A DNA stretch of 64,000 nucleotides from an uncultured virus (IMG/VR IMGVR_UViG_3300045923_000041) (lineage: Duplodnaviria > Heunggongvirae > Uroviricota > Caudoviricetes). Under the pieces are notes generated by a model. The model was not told the origin of the DNA and made no database searches. It saw only the letters and a program-made list of their open reading frames with translations. The stretch covers positions 1-64,000 of IMG/VR virus record IMGVR_UViG_3300045923_000041. One strand, 5' to 3'. Position 1 is the first letter of the stretch. Every line of letters begins with the position of its first letter. The translations under genes and the position numbers were made by a program. Of the stretch, positions 1 to 9,195 are shown one piece after another.

Positions 1-662
1 GTAGGGGTCACGTTGCCCCGAGCCCGTAGTTCCCCGCTGAGGGCGTCCAGAGCGAGCCTGGGGCACCCTGGGACGCACGACCAGTCGTTGACGGTCTCCA
101 ACCCGTCCGCGTCGGCATAGCCCTCCCAGGCGCCTGTGCGGGTCGTCCGCGTGCCCTTCTGCGAGAACTGCGTCGAGCTACCCCCAGGACCGTTGGGGTA
201 GCCCTTGTGGCCGGGGATGCGGGACTGTCCGGGGGTGCATTCGGGCGTGTGAACGATGGCTAGGTTGGTCGGCCATCGTCCTCCTGTATGGCTCTCCGTG
301 TAATTCAAGTGCCCGTTTCCCCAAGCATCGTCACTATGGGGAAACGTTCCGCGAGGTCGCCCACGGTCCTCTGTGGTGGCAACTCGGCAGACGTCGATGT
401 GGAGTCCCCCTGTACCCGTCGAGAGCACTTGCTCCGCCACCGTGGGAGCCTCCAGGGGCTTGCGAAAGAGCAACACAGGCTCAGCCCGCGGCCCAGGCAA
501 GAGCACGAGCAGCGTGTCCCTCAGGTGCAGCCCCGCCTGCCTGGCATCCAGGGAGGCCATGGGGTTGTCACCGAAGACGGCAACGAAGGCCCCAGGGGAC
601 AGCTCGTCGATGACCCCGAAAGCCGAGTCCCCGAAGAAGAGGAACGCAGCCCCGAAGGTCAC
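1..662 (-). CDS. DNA N6/N4-methyltransferase-related protein, apparently lacking the DPPY motif; runs off window edge
   Basis: Not in the ORF track. Manual translation from GTG 662 (GTGA overlap with the upstream stop): MTFGAAFLFF...LSPGAFVAVFG...AGLHLRD...EPVLLFRKPLEAPTVAEQVLSTGTGGLHIDVCRV...GRWPTNL...DADGLETVNDWSCVPGCP, resembling the ARKPL/GTGALNIDGCR/GRWPAN blocks of phage beta-class MTases. Confidence 0.6.
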   Translation of the reverse strand, partial: MTFGAAFLFFGDSAFGVIDELSPGAFVAVFGDNPMASLDARQAGLHLRDTLLVLLPGPRAEPVLLFRKPLEAPTVAEQVLSTGTGGLHIDVCRVATTEDRGRPRGTFPHSDDAWGNGHLNYTESHTGGRWPTNLAIVHTPECTPGQSRIPGHKGYPNGPGGSSTQFSQKGTRTTRTGAWEGYADADGLETVNDWSCVPGCPRLALDALSGELRARGNVTP

Positions 663-1666
663 TGCGCCGACTCGTACCAGAGCACGAGCTGCTCGACCAT
701 CTTGTATGGGTTGAGGTCGTGCGGAACGACCGCACGATTGAACCCCGCGGCCCTCGTGTGGCCCCCACCACCGTTGCTCTTCGCGAACGCGAGGCAGTCG
801 AAGTCCGTGTGGCTGCGCGTCGAGAGGAGCATCTTGGGCGTGCCGTTCTCGACGATGTACGAGAAGCCGATGATGAGGTCCGCCTCAGTGCCGAGCGCCT
901 CAGCCGCGTCGCTCGTTGTCTTGAGGCCGTCGAACGTGACGACCTTCGTACCCTTGGCGCTCGTAAACCTGTAGGCGGACTCGATCGTCTTCTGGACCGA
1001 CTTCTCCATGCGCTCGATGAGGAGTCGGCCGATAGCCCTGCGTTCCTCCCAGATGGGGACCATCGCCGACGAGAAGGGGCTTCCGATGCTCAGCCAGTGC
1101 TCGACGGGGTAGAAGCGGAGCATCTCGGCCTGCGCACAGGCATCCCTCCACCACGGGTGTGTATTGAGCCAGGTGTCACGCACGCCCGCGAGGGTGGCAA
1201 ACTCCTCGGCCCTCTTCTGCTCTTCGATGGCCACCGTGTCCGTGGCGTCCTCCACCGGATTTACCAGGCGCCACACGTGACGGAATGCGAGGACGGCGCC
1301 GCAGACACCCGGCTCGGTCTTCTCGTTGCCGAAGTGCCCTCGCTTGGGGCCGAAGGCTTCCACGACGTCCTGCACGCCCTTGTGGTGGTCGAGCACGAGG
1401 GTGCCGGCATCGATCCACGGCTTGAGGGCGTCGAGATCGTTCTTCAACACCCCATCGACGGTCTTGGTCGGCACGTACGGCACGAAGTCGCAGAAGAGGT
1501 AGCCGGGCTCTGGCACGAGAGCCTTGAGCGCGTCCGTGTTGTGCTGCATGAACCGGATCTCTGCCTGGGGCAGAGAGTCATGGAGCAGGATCGCGCTGGC
1601 CACCCCGTCCGGACAGTTGTCGTGGACAACGATGGTCTTGACCTGTGCAAGCTCGTGAACGTACAT
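659..1666 (-). CDS. DHH/DHHA1-family phosphoesterase
   Basis: HDNCPDG, FCDF, LDHHK, RDTW and C-terminal GGGGHTRAAG motifs. Confidence 0.85.
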   Translation of the reverse strand: MYVHELAQVKTIVVHDNCPDGVASAILLHDSLPQAEIRFMQHNTDALKALVPEPGYLFCDFVPYVPTKTVDGVLKNDLDALKPWIDAGTLVLDHHKGVQDVVEAFGPKRGHFGNEKTEPGVCGAVLAFRHVWRLVNPVEDATDTVAIEEQKRAEEFATLAGVRDTWLNTHPWWRDACAQAEMLRFYPVEHWLSIGSPFSSAMVPIWEERRAIGRLLIERMEKSVQKTIESAYRFTSAKGTKVVTFDGLKTTSDAAEALGTEADLIIGFSYIVENGTPKMLLSTRSHTDFDCLAFAKSNGGGGHTRAAGFNRAVVPHDLNPYKMVEQLVLWYESAQ

Positions 1667-1702
1667 GCCGCACCCCTACACCGGGGCGCTATGCATGAGT
1701 CG

Positions 1703-2080
1703 CTAGAAGAGGTGCCGGTTCGTCCCAGCCTTCTTGTTGGCGGCGATGAGGAGGTCGCAGAGGGTCTTGGCGATTTGCGAGTCGGCGGTGTGGACCGGCA
1801 CGACCTTGTCCTCGTACTCGTCCTTCTCGCGGTGGATCGCGATAGCGCCGAGCGAGATCGTCCCGTCGCCACCCACACTGACCGTGCACATGCAGTAGTC
1901 ACTGGACGGTACGTCCTTGAACGAGAGATTCATCTGCGCTTCGAGGCGGTCGTCCCCGACGTCCTCCATGTTCCAATCCTTGACGTTGGGGAACGCCTGC
2001 TTGACGTGCGTGAAGGTGCCCTCGAAGAGCGACGAGGCCCATGTGTCGAACGCGGCGTGAAGGGAATTTGCCTTGGCCAT
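1703..2080 (-). CDS. hypothetical protein
   Basis: Likely start MAKANS at 2080; fits the operon packing. Confidence 0.6.
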   Translation of the reverse strand: MAKANSLHAAFDTWASSLFEGTFTHVKQAFPNVKDWNMEDVGDDRLEAQMNLSFKDVPSSDYCMCTVSVGGDGTISLGAIAIHREKDEYEDKVVPVHTADSQIAKTLCDLLIAANKKAGTNRHLF

Positions 2081-2085
2081 GTGGG

Positions 2086-2307
2086 TCACCCTGTAGCGAG
2101 GAGTCGAAGTCGGTTCGGGCAGGAATCGTGGTCGTGTGCCCGCATGGGGGAGCCGAAGCACGAGCAGGACGCGTCCACGGTGGTGCCGCCGTTCCTGTGG
2201 TGCGTGACGATGACCCGTACGCCGTTGCGGCTCTGGTCTTCCTTCCACACGCCCGGGAGCTTGTGGCCGCACTCCCTGCAATGCACGGCCTGCTTCTTGA
2301 TCTTCAC
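2086..2307 (-). CDS. small Cys/His-rich (Zn-binding) hypothetical protein
   Basis: CRECGH...CSC...HDHDSC; 4-nt overlap with the upstream gene. Confidence 0.55.
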   Translation of the reverse strand: MKIKKQAVHCRECGHKLPGVWKEDQSRNGVRVIVTHHRNGGTTVDASCSCFGSPMRAHDHDSCPNRLRLLATG

Positions 2308-3545
2308 TGTGCCTCCTGGGCGGCCTTCTTGGCGCGCGGCTTCGAGGTCTTGGGGGTCGGGGGCTCAGTTGAGAACTTGCAGCGCGTGAGGTTGGTCTGC
2401 GCCTCGCCCCTCCATTCCCCGTGCTTCGTGACGGTGCCCGTCACGTAGTAGGACGTTCCGGCTTTCAAGTCCTGTGCCCCCGAATTCCAGATGGCCTTGT
2501 TGCCCGTGACGTCCACGAACTGGTGGATGAACCGTGTACCGAAATCGTTGGTGTACGCGTTCGAGCCCGTGTACGTGAGCACGAAGGTCTCGCGCTTGTC
2601 GATCGTCCCGAAGTGCTGCGAGCGACCCCGGATGGCTGCCCGCGTCAGCTCGCGCCCATGGGCGGATGGGATGGAGGCCGCAAGCCCGAGGGTGCGTCGG
2701 TCCACGAGACCGGAACACGCGATGGCCCGGATGTTGTGCAGGTAGTCATTGATGCCGGCCTGCTCCTCGGTAAGTCCTTCGGCCCATTCAAGAGCCGAGG
2801 CTGCGGTGACGAGATCGGCAGGACTCGGGTGCTCTTTCTTGAGGTCACGGTCGAGCAGACGTTCGAGAGCCCGATCAGCGGTCGCACGGCCGCCGATGTC
2901 GCGCACGGCACTCCGAGGGACCCAACCGTTGCGACGAACCTCCAGGGTGACGTAGCCGAGGTACTCCGCAAGGAGGATGGAGGACGCGCCGCCGCCCTTG
3001 TAGCCGCCGATGTCCTCGGCCGACTCCGCGAGGGCGCACGCGCTGGCGATGAGGCTCGCAGCCTGAGCGACACGGACCACTTTGTCGCTGCCGACGAAGT
3101 CTTCCAGGCAGGTGGACCCGACCTGCGTGTGACGCCCGTCCTCGTGCTGAAGGATGTACGTGTCGTTGCGCTGGCGCTTGTGCTTGCAGTGATCGCAGAC
3201 GGGGCCGCGAGACCAGTAGACCTTGGGGATGTCGATGGTCGAGACCTTGCGTACGATGGTCTCGTCGTCGATGTGTTGAAGCGAGCCGATGAAGGCCCAC
3301 CCGTTGAGGCGCGGGGTCTCGCCCAAGACGGTCAGCGGCACGCGCGTGACCATCGCGTAGAACTCGACCTGGTCACCGTACTCCGGATGCGGGACGCGTT
3401 CCTTCTTCTGGTACGCCTTGCCCCACTCCCAAGAGATGGGAGCGACGCCGAGCTTCTTGGCGCGCTTGACCAGAGCGGCGAAGCCCTGCTCGACGGTTTC
3501 GCGGCGATCCGCGAGGATGCCGAAGACTCGGATGGCGGAGTTCAT
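2304..3545 (-). CDS. phage protein with Zn finger and probable C-terminal OB-fold
   Basis: CDHC...QVGSTC; C-terminal HFGTIDKRETF...VTGTVTKHGEWRGEAQTNLTRCK beta-rich OB-like region. Confidence 0.65.
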   Translation of the reverse strand: MNSAIRVFGILADRRETVEQGFAALVKRAKKLGVAPISWEWGKAYQKKERVPHPEYGDQVEFYAMVTRVPLTVLGETPRLNGWAFIGSLQHIDDETIVRKVSTIDIPKVYWSRGPVCDHCKHKRQRNDTYILQHEDGRHTQVGSTCLEDFVGSDKVVRVAQAASLIASACALAESAEDIGGYKGGGASSILLAEYLGYVTLEVRRNGWVPRSAVRDIGGRATADRALERLLDRDLKKEHPSPADLVTAASALEWAEGLTEEQAGINDYLHNIRAIACSGLVDRRTLGLAASIPSAHGRELTRAAIRGRSQHFGTIDKRETFVLTYTGSNAYTNDFGTRFIHQFVDVTGNKAIWNSGAQDLKAGTSYYVTGTVTKHGEWRGEAQTNLTRCKFSTEPPTPKTSKPRAKKAAQEAQ

Positions 3546-3775
3546 GACGGCACCTTCGGGGGGCGGATCAGGCCGTGCATCTGCGCAACTTCCAGAGCCA
3601 GGCGGGGGTTCTCACGAACATCGCGGAGCGCCTTGATGGCCTCGCGACGGAAAGTCTTCCTGTCCAGCGCATCGAGCGTGCCGTAGATGGACCTCATGAA
3701 GCCCTCGACGAGCGGCGCCTCCTCGGGCTCGCACTTGGAAAGTTCGATGATGATGCGCTCGTACAGGGAAGCCAT
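3542..3775 (-). CDS. hypothetical protein
   Basis: GGAGG SD before ATG 3775; directly downstream of a class-I motif. Confidence 0.7.
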   Translation of the reverse strand: MASLYERIIIELSKCEPEEAPLVEGFMRSIYGTLDALDRKTFRREAIKALRDVRENPRLALEVAQMHGLIRPPKVPS

Positions 3776-3793
3776 GTGCATCCTCCAAACGGA

Positions 3794-3822
3794 ACTACAA
3801 CCCCAAGCGAGCGGGAATCAAC
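3794..3822 (-). promoter_or_regulatory. class-I (putative early) promoter GTTGATTC-N11-GGGTTGTAGT
   Basis: Exact match to the bipartite motif seen five times. Confidence 0.8.
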
Positions 3823-3967
3823 TCGACGCGAGGAAATCCAGAAGACCCCCGAACAACCACATGAGGAGCGGCACGACGACCTTGAAGAGCACCACCAGTT
3901 CCAGGCACAGCCTGAGGAAGTGCACCACCTTGTCGATAGCCGCGTCACTGACCAGTTCTCTTCCCAT
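3818..3967 (-). CDS. 49-aa putative membrane protein
   Basis: Manual translation MGRELVSDAAIDKVVHFLRLCLELVVLFKVVVPLLMWLFGGLLDFLASS*; hydrophobic stretch; fills the gap between neighbours. Confidence 0.5.
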   Translation of the reverse strand: MGRELVSDAAIDKVVHFLRLCLELVVLFKVVVPLLMWLFGGLLDFLASS

Positions 3968-3975
3968 GGCGTCCC

Positions 3976-4266
3976 TCATCCGTCCGAGTGGAAGTCCTCA
4001 CGGTCGCTGTCGAAGTGCCCGTGCTGCACGTCTCCGTAGTCGAAGTATTCGTCCGAGGCGTCGTTCACCTCGAAGCCTTCCGTCGCCTTGTCATGGCACG
4101 ACGTGCAGAGCCAGTTCGTCGAGGTGTCATGGACCTGCTTGCCCGTCAGGTTCTCGCCGCACTCCTCGCATTCGGGAGTGGCGTCGTGCCCCGATTCCGC
4201 CCACTTCACGAGCAGGTGGTTGTACTCGGGGTTGAGGGTCGGGCCGCTCGGGAGGGGGCTAGACAT
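3976..4266 (-). CDS. small Zn-finger protein with acidic tail
   Basis: CEEC...CTSC; likely start MSSPLP at 4266. Confidence 0.6.
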   Translation of the reverse strand: MSSPLPSGPTLNPEYNHLLVKWAESGHDATPECEECGENLTGKQVHDTSTNWLCTSCHDKATEGFEVNDASDEYFDYGDVQHGHFDSDREDFHSDG

Positions 4267-4501
4267 AGGAGACCTCGATCCAGCGCAGGGTGTTGGTGTC
4301 CGTCTCCCGGATGACCCGCGCCTTCTTGAGCAGGGCCACCGCGCGCTGGAAGGCATCACGGCTCATGCCGCCCTTCGCCGCGAACCCGAACAGTTGCTCG
4401 CTCGGGATCTCGCCCTCCGAGCGCACGATGTCCGCCAGCACCTTGAGGAAGTCGAGCGCCTGCCCGATCTGCTCACGCGTGAATCCGTGGGGATTGCTCA
4501 T
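4259..4501 (-). CDS. small protein, possibly winged-helix
   Basis: ATG 4501 lies 6 nt after a class-I motif; MSRDAFQRAVALLKKARVIRE helix-wing pattern. Confidence 0.6.
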   Translation of the reverse strand: MSNPHGFTREQIGQALDFLKVLADIVRSEGEIPSEQLFGFAAKGGMSRDAFQRAVALLKKARVIRETDTNTLRWIEVSYV

Positions 4502-4507
4502 GTAGCT

Positions 4508-4574
4508 ACTACAACCCAACCACGGGCAGAATCAACCGGACCAGGGTTGATTCCTGCGGCGCTCGGGTTGTAGT
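4508..4574. promoter_or_regulatory. back-to-back divergent class-I promoters
   Basis: Minus copy 4508-4536 and plus copy 4546-4574, each ending 6 nt before an ATG (4501 and 4581). Confidence 0.85.
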
Positions 4575-4580
4575 ACCTTC

Positions 4581-5144
4581 ATGGCGACCCCCAAATACTG
4601 GATGCCCACACGGCCCTACAGTGTCATCGACGCCGTCAACAGGATGGCTGCGGCCACGGGCTCGACCGCCTACGCGATGCGGGCGGCCCACGCGGACTAC
4701 AACGGCCACGCCGTGAGGGTTTACTGGAACGACTACCGCGGCTACTGGCTCGCCGAGTACCAGTGGGGCGAACGGGTCGTGCTGGCCCGAGGACAGCTCG
4801 CAGAGGCTCTGTACGCCGCTTGCCGGGAGTACAAGCGGGGCGCTCTGGGGGCGTCCGTACGGGCCGCCTATCCGGAATCAGTCCGGGAAGGAAACGTGCC
4901 CAGCGAATCGATCCCCTACTTCGAGCAGATGTGCGTCGAGCACGGCCTCACGAGCGAGGCGGTGCTCTCCGAGGAGGCCCACCGTGACACGTGGTGGACT
5001 CCCCTGCACGCCAAGGTCAACGAGGCGCTGGACTACGAGCGGCGCGGCTTCGCGCCCGCTGTGGGCTTCCTGTGCAACTCTGCCACTCTGGACGAGTACG
5101 AGGCCAAGCTGAACGCACACTTTGCCGCAAGGCGTCGAGGTTGA
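4581..5144 (+). CDS. hypothetical protein
   Basis: 187-aa ORF starting 6 nt after a class-I motif. Confidence 0.75.
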   Translation: MATPKYWMPTRPYSVIDAVNRMAAATGSTAYAMRAAHADYNGHAVRVYWNDYRGYWLAEYQWGERVVLARGQLAEALYAACREYKRGALGASVRAAYPESVREGNVPSESIPYFEQMCVEHGLTSEAVLSEEAHRDTWWTPLHAKVNEALDYERRGFAPAVGFLCNSATLDEYEAKLNAHFAARRRG

Positions 5145-5168
5145 TTCCGGGCGGGCTTGGGTTGTAGT
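5140..5168 (+). promoter_or_regulatory. class-I promoter
   Basis: GTTGATTC CGGGCGGGCTT GGGTTGTAGT, 6 nt before ATG 5175. Confidence 0.8.
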
Positions 5169-5174
5169 CCAGGT

Positions 5175-5339
5175 ATGGACACGAACCTCTACAGCGCGAT
5201 CGAGACGGGCCGCCTTTCGCTGGTCCTCTCGCTCGCAGCTAACCCGCCCGAGACCTACGAGAGCCACGAGAGCCAACCGGGGCCAGAGGCGGAGACTGTA
5301 CGTCCCGCCTCCCGTTCCACGGAGGATGTGGCGGCCTAG
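5175..5339 (+). CDS. 54-aa hypothetical protein
   Basis: MDTNLYSAIE...; start placed from the motif spacing. Confidence 0.6.
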   Translation: MDTNLYSAIETGRLSLVLSLAANPPETYESHESQPGPEAETVRPASRSTEDVAA

Positions 5340-5548
5340 TTGTCGAACGGGCGCCAGGCCAGGTGCGGCGCCTGTGCGAGGATGCTCGACCGAACGAGGT
5401 GCTCCTCGCGCTCTGCCAGCGTGCGATCGATCTCGATCTTCACCAGCGCCAGTTCTTGGAGAAGAGGGCGATCCTGGACACGGACGAACGGGTGCGCGTC
5501 CTGCTCCTCGGTGATCTCTTGGACCTCAGGGTTGTCGCGGTAGTACAT
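5336..5548 (-). CDS. hypothetical protein
   Basis: GGGGAGGG SD; preceded by a class-III box. Confidence 0.6.
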   Translation of the reverse strand: MYYRDNPEVQEITEEQDAHPFVRVQDRPLLQELALVKIEIDRTLAEREEHLVRSSILAQAPHLAWRPFDN

Positions 5549-5581
5549 GCCACCCTCCCCCTAAGGGGTCCGATAGAAGGA

Positions 5582-6076
5582 CTAGCCTCCGACGACCTTG
5601 ATCTTGTGGACCTGGAGTCCGTCCTTCTCCGCCATGCGCACGGTCTTACCCGTGCCGGTCTTGTAGTTGTCGTTGAAGAACGCCACGAGGTACGTCGCCA
5701 CGTCCACGAGGTAACGGTCCCGGATCGTGAAGGACTGGAAGTAGTCGGCCTTGGTGATCTCGTTGCGCAGCTCGATGACCTCGTCAGCCTTGCGCGTCCA
5801 AAAGTGTGTCTCCACCGGCTGCTTCTCGACGCGGTCAGGCACGACTACCGTGAGCCATGGCCGCTGCCCCTGCCGGAAGTAGAGCGCCGCCTGTAGCGCG
5901 ATCGTGTCTCCCCCACGAGCGCCACCGAAGTAGATCGCGTCCACGCTCGGGTGCGCCACGAGGGTCTGCATGGCGCCCTGGATGACCGCAGCATCCGAGG
6001 GCGCCAAGTCTCTGTGGGCCGTGATGCTCGCGATCTCCCAATCGAGGCGATCGGCAGGTCGCGGCCCCGTGCTCAT
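5582..6076 (-). CDS. SLOG-superfamily (YspA/DprA-like) protein
   Basis: ITAHR, FGGARGGDTIA, IRDRYLVD, VAFF...TGTGKTVRMA motifs. Confidence 0.75.
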   Translation of the reverse strand: MSTGPRPADRLDWEIASITAHRDLAPSDAAVIQGAMQTLVAHPSVDAIYFGGARGGDTIALQAALYFRQGQRPWLTVVVPDRVEKQPVETHFWTRKADEVIELRNEITKADYFQSFTIRDRYLVDVATYLVAFFNDNYKTGTGKTVRMAEKDGLQVHKIKVVGG

Positions 6077-6762
6077 GCGTCAGCGGTGGGTGTGGTGAAA
6101 GACGCCTTCTTCGCCCGGATCGCGTCGAAGAGCGGGTTGCGGTAGTGGGCGCTCACCACCTGGTCGATGCGACCTCGGTTGGCGATGTACCACTGCTCGA
6201 ACTGCTCGGAGGTCGTGATCATGATCAGCTCCGTGAGCAGTCCCTTCTGGACATCGTACTCCTGGAACTGCAACGGCGGCTGCTTGTAGTCCTCGGCAGC
6301 CTTGCTCGTCGCGGCCTCGGGGACCTCGCTGAGCTTCTCGGAAAGTTCGGTCACCTTGCTCGCGGCATCGAGCGCCTGATTGAGCGCCTCTCGCGCCTTG
6401 TCGGCCGCTTCCTTCTGGTTGAGGAAGGTCGAGTTCAGGAAGAGGCGCAGCGCATCGAAAGCCGTCATGAAGAGGTTGAACTGCGCCTGCGTCTGGATGC
6501 CCGGCATCTGCTGGCGCAGCGCCTCGACCATCATCTGGTCAGGGGGCAGACCGCCTGTCTTGGGAAGCGCGGGCTCTTTGTCGAGTGCCTCGAAGTCCAC
6601 GATGTCCTTGAGCACCTCTCGTGCGACCTTCTCCATCTCGCCGCCTTGGCGAATGAGGAGCTTCGCGGCCTGGTTGGCGGCCTTCTGATAGGCCGTCTCC
6701 CCGTAGCGCTCCTTGATGGTGGAGAGCTGCGTCAACATCTGTTCGATCGCCGGGTGTGTCAT
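6073..6762 (-). CDS. hypothetical alpha-helical protein
   Basis: Likely start MTHPAIEQ at 6762 with GAGG SD. Confidence 0.65.
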   Translation of the reverse strand: MTHPAIEQMLTQLSTIKERYGETAYQKAANQAAKLLIRQGGEMEKVAREVLKDIVDFEALDKEPALPKTGGLPPDQMMVEALRQQMPGIQTQAQFNLFMTAFDALRLFLNSTFLNQKEAADKAREALNQALDAASKVTELSEKLSEVPEAATSKAAEDYKQPPLQFQEYDVQKGLLTELIMITTSEQFEQWYIANRGRIDQVVSAHYRNPLFDAIRAKKASFTTPTADA

Positions 6763-6769
6763 CGCTTCC

Positions 6770-7063
6770 TCACGATACGGGCTTGTTCGATGCCTTCTGG
6801 AGCATCCGCTGGCGGATCTTCTCGGCCAGCGCTTCACTACCCCGTACACCGCCGCGGGCGAACTGTAGCTGGAGAAGTCCCTTCATGAGCTGCGGCCCCT
6901 GTGCCTTGTCCACGGACAGCTCCCAGCAAGCCTTGCAGTACACGTACTTGTCGAGGGGTTCCTTGCCCGTGAGCTGCGTGACGGCCTCTCGTTCACTCCC
7001 GCTGAGGACGACTTCCTTGAAGACCTCGCGGTCCCGTTTGCAGACGCAACACATGCTGCTCAT
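6770..7063 (-). CDS. small Zn-finger hypothetical protein
   Basis: CCVC...CKAC. Confidence 0.6.
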   Translation of the reverse strand: MSSMCCVCKRDREVFKEVVLSGSEREAVTQLTGKEPLDKYVYCKACWELSVDKAQGPQLMKGLLQLQFARGGVRGSEALAEKIRQRMLQKASNKPVS

Positions 7064-7698
7064 AGGCTGCTCCCGAAGTATTGCTTGAGGACTTCGACAT
7101 CGGCAGCCTCGATGTCGATCTCACCCGTGACGATCTTCTCGCCGATGAGCAAAGCAACGCTCAAGGGCATGATGATCATGGTGATGCCGTGACGCTTGAT
7201 GCTAGCGCGCACCCGTGCATGGAAGGTCTCGACTGGCTCCCGTTTGCTCACAAGCCCCGAGTCCGTGATCCGGTGGGGGTGACAGTTGTAGGGGTCTCCC
7301 GTCGAGAACGTCGTGCGACAGACCAAGGGGCGGGCATCGTAGGCCGTGCACATGGCCGTCTTCTCGTCGAGAAGGGGGCAAGGCATCATGCTGAGCAGCC
7401 AAAGCTCGTAGGGCAGATCGTAGGTGCGCGCCGCGTGCACCCTGATCGTCTCCTGGAAGGACGGTGTCCAGCGACCCCTCGCCACGAGCTGGCGGTACAG
7501 AACCGCGCCTTCCAAGGCCGTGATGTGGATCGGGTGGTAGCAACAGTGAGCGCAGCCGGACTCGCAGGAGACAGGCTTGCCGGTCTTGGATGCCTCGTCT
7601 CGGAGCTTGCGCTCGAAGTCCGTGGAAACCTCGACTCGGGCCGAAACCACTGTGGCCAGGCTGTGCTCGACGAGGAGGGGGAGCTTACGTCGGGCCAT
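7060..7698 (-). CDS. YkgJ-family cysteine cluster (CxxCxxCC) protein
   Basis: CESGCAHCC...CPLL...CTAYDARPLVCR. Confidence 0.8.
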   Translation of the reverse strand: MARRKLPLLVEHSLATVVSARVEVSTDFERKLRDEASKTGKPVSCESGCAHCCYHPIHITALEGAVLYRQLVARGRWTPSFQETIRVHAARTYDLPYELWLLSMMPCPLLDEKTAMCTAYDARPLVCRTTFSTGDPYNCHPHRITDSGLVSKREPVETFHARVRASIKRHGITMIIMPLSVALLIGEKIVTGEIDIEAADVEVLKQYFGSSL

Positions 7699-7722
7699 GG
7701 GTGGGAGCTTTGCGTACGATCT

Positions 7723-8259
7723 TCATTCGTCTTCTCCCAGAGTATCGCCCAGAAGATGATCATACGCTGTCAGGTGCTTGGGTTCCCGTTTCACCCGACT
7801 GAACTGAGCGTCCGTCCCCTTACGGGCGATGGTGGTGAAGCGCTTCGGGATGACAACGCTGGTCTGACCCTTCTCGAACTTCACGACCACCCTTTGCGGG
7901 TGCACGAGCCTCAGCGAAGGCCGCAAGAGCAGTGCGCCCCCTGCACGCAGAGGCTCTCCCACCACCCAGCTCTGGAACTGTCGTAGCCAGAACAGGTCCC
8001 CCACTCTGTTGGGGAGCGCCACGCCCGTGACTCGGCCCGGGTTTCTAGTGCCTGGGGTCCGCACCGGCAAAAGAACGTGCGGCCAGTCCCGATACGGGTT
8101 GCACCGGACCTTGCAGTTGTCGGGGTCCGTCGTGTTGAGTGTGTCCGAGACACGACGAGTCGTGCCCTCGGCTGTTGCGACGTACGCGTTCCCGGCCTCA
8201 TCCAGCCGGACCACGAGCCAGACCTTGCCCTGCATGTCAATGAGATCGCCCAGGTCCAT
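7723..8259 (-). CDS. hypothetical protein
   Basis: 178-aa ORF preceded by the class-II variant CGGTGTT. Confidence 0.65.
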   Translation of the reverse strand: MDLGDLIDMQGKVWLVVRLDEAGNAYVATAEGTTRRVSDTLNTTDPDNCKVRCNPYRDWPHVLLPVRTPGTRNPGRVTGVALPNRVGDLFWLRQFQSWVVGEPLRAGGALLLRPSLRLVHPQRVVVKFEKGQTSVVIPKRFTTIARKGTDAQFSRVKREPKHLTAYDHLLGDTLGEDE

Positions 8260-8282
8260 GCAGGCCCCCTAACACCGAAAGC

Positions 8283-8316
8283 AAAAGGGCTGAAGCGTTT
8301 CCGCCTCAGCCCTTTT
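8283..8316 (-). terminator. intrinsic terminator (possibly bidirectional)
   Basis: Minus strand AAAAGGGCTGAGGCG-GAAA-CGCTTCAGCCCTTTT, just after the stop at 8331. Confidence 0.85.
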
Positions 8317-8330
8317 GACCTACCGTCCGC

Positions 8331-9074
8331 TCAGTTGGCGGGCGATGCTGAGGGGATCACTCCAGCTTCCTTGAGGACGTCGTCCACGTCGTCGGCCGTC
8401 GTGGTCGTGGTGACCTCGGTGGCGGCTGTCGTGGTCGTCGTCTCGGCCTTGGCCGCCTTCTTCTCGGTCTTCGCGGTGGTCGTCGCCACGTCGCGCTGGC
8501 GGTAGTAGCCCCGGCCCTTGCCCTCGACCCGCTCGAAGCTCTCCTTGAGCGACGAGAACAGGTACGAGATGTACGCGCGGGGATCGGACGAGTCGGGCAG
8601 CCAGTTCTTGGCCTTGAGCGCCTCGTACATCTCGGAGGCGTTCATCGTCTTCTTGCCCATGACCTCGATCATGGCCTTCTTGATCGGTGGACGGAGCCCC
8701 TGCGCGACCGCCCGGCGGCCCTGCGTTGCCCGGTTGTTGCCCTTGACCTTCGTGGCCTTGGTCGTCGTCTTGGCCGCTGCCTTCACCTTGACGGCCTTCG
8801 GCTTCGGACCCGGCTTGCGCCGTGTGGTGGTCTTGATGCCGTCCGTCTTCGCCGTGACCGTGGTCTTCGGCTTCGGACCCGGCTTGCGACGGGTCTTGGT
8901 CGGCACGCCGCCGACTGCGAAGACCTCGTCGAACTTGGCGATCCGCGCCCGGAGGGTCGCGATCTCTGCCGTGAGCTGCTTCTCGGCGCTCTGAAGCTTC
9001 GCCAGTCCGGCGGTCTTCTCGTTGAGCTGCTTCGTGAACTGTGATCTGAGTTGGTTTTCGACGCTGTCTGCCAT
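8331..9074 (-). CDS. basic histone-like/nucleoid DNA-binding protein
   Basis: N-terminal coiled coil, two TRRKPGPKPK repeats, K/A/T-rich linker, winged-helix-like domain (MNASEMYEALKAKNW...FERVEGKGRGYYR). Confidence 0.65.
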   Translation of the reverse strand: MADSVENQLRSQFTKQLNEKTAGLAKLQSAEKQLTAEIATLRARIAKFDEVFAVGGVPTKTRRKPGPKPKTTVTAKTDGIKTTTRRKPGPKPKAVKVKAAAKTTTKATKVKGNNRATQGRRAVAQGLRPPIKKAMIEVMGKKTMNASEMYEALKAKNWLPDSSDPRAYISYLFSSLKESFERVEGKGRGYYRQRDVATTTAKTEKKAAKAETTTTTAATEVTTTTTADDVDDVLKEAGVIPSASPAN

Positions 9075-9195
9075 GACGTGTGTCTCCTCTACATCCGTTT
9101 CGGGCCGGGCCTCTGCTTCTCGATGAACACCCTTCTGGCGTCCATCAAGGCTTCGTAGGTTGGCTATCCCCCACTCTACTCTTCTGGTATGGGTG

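Noticed and set aside
719..2389. Long plus-strand ORFs (also 18997-20532, 39437-41410, 41591-43291, 51239-52921, 55089-57284)
   Set aside because: They are antisense shadows of GC-biased minus-strand genes, R/V/D/G-rich and without recognisable motifs
6841..6851. CGGTGTAC match on the minus strand
   Set aside because: It lies inside a CDS, about 80 nt from the next start; it may be chance in GC-rich DNA
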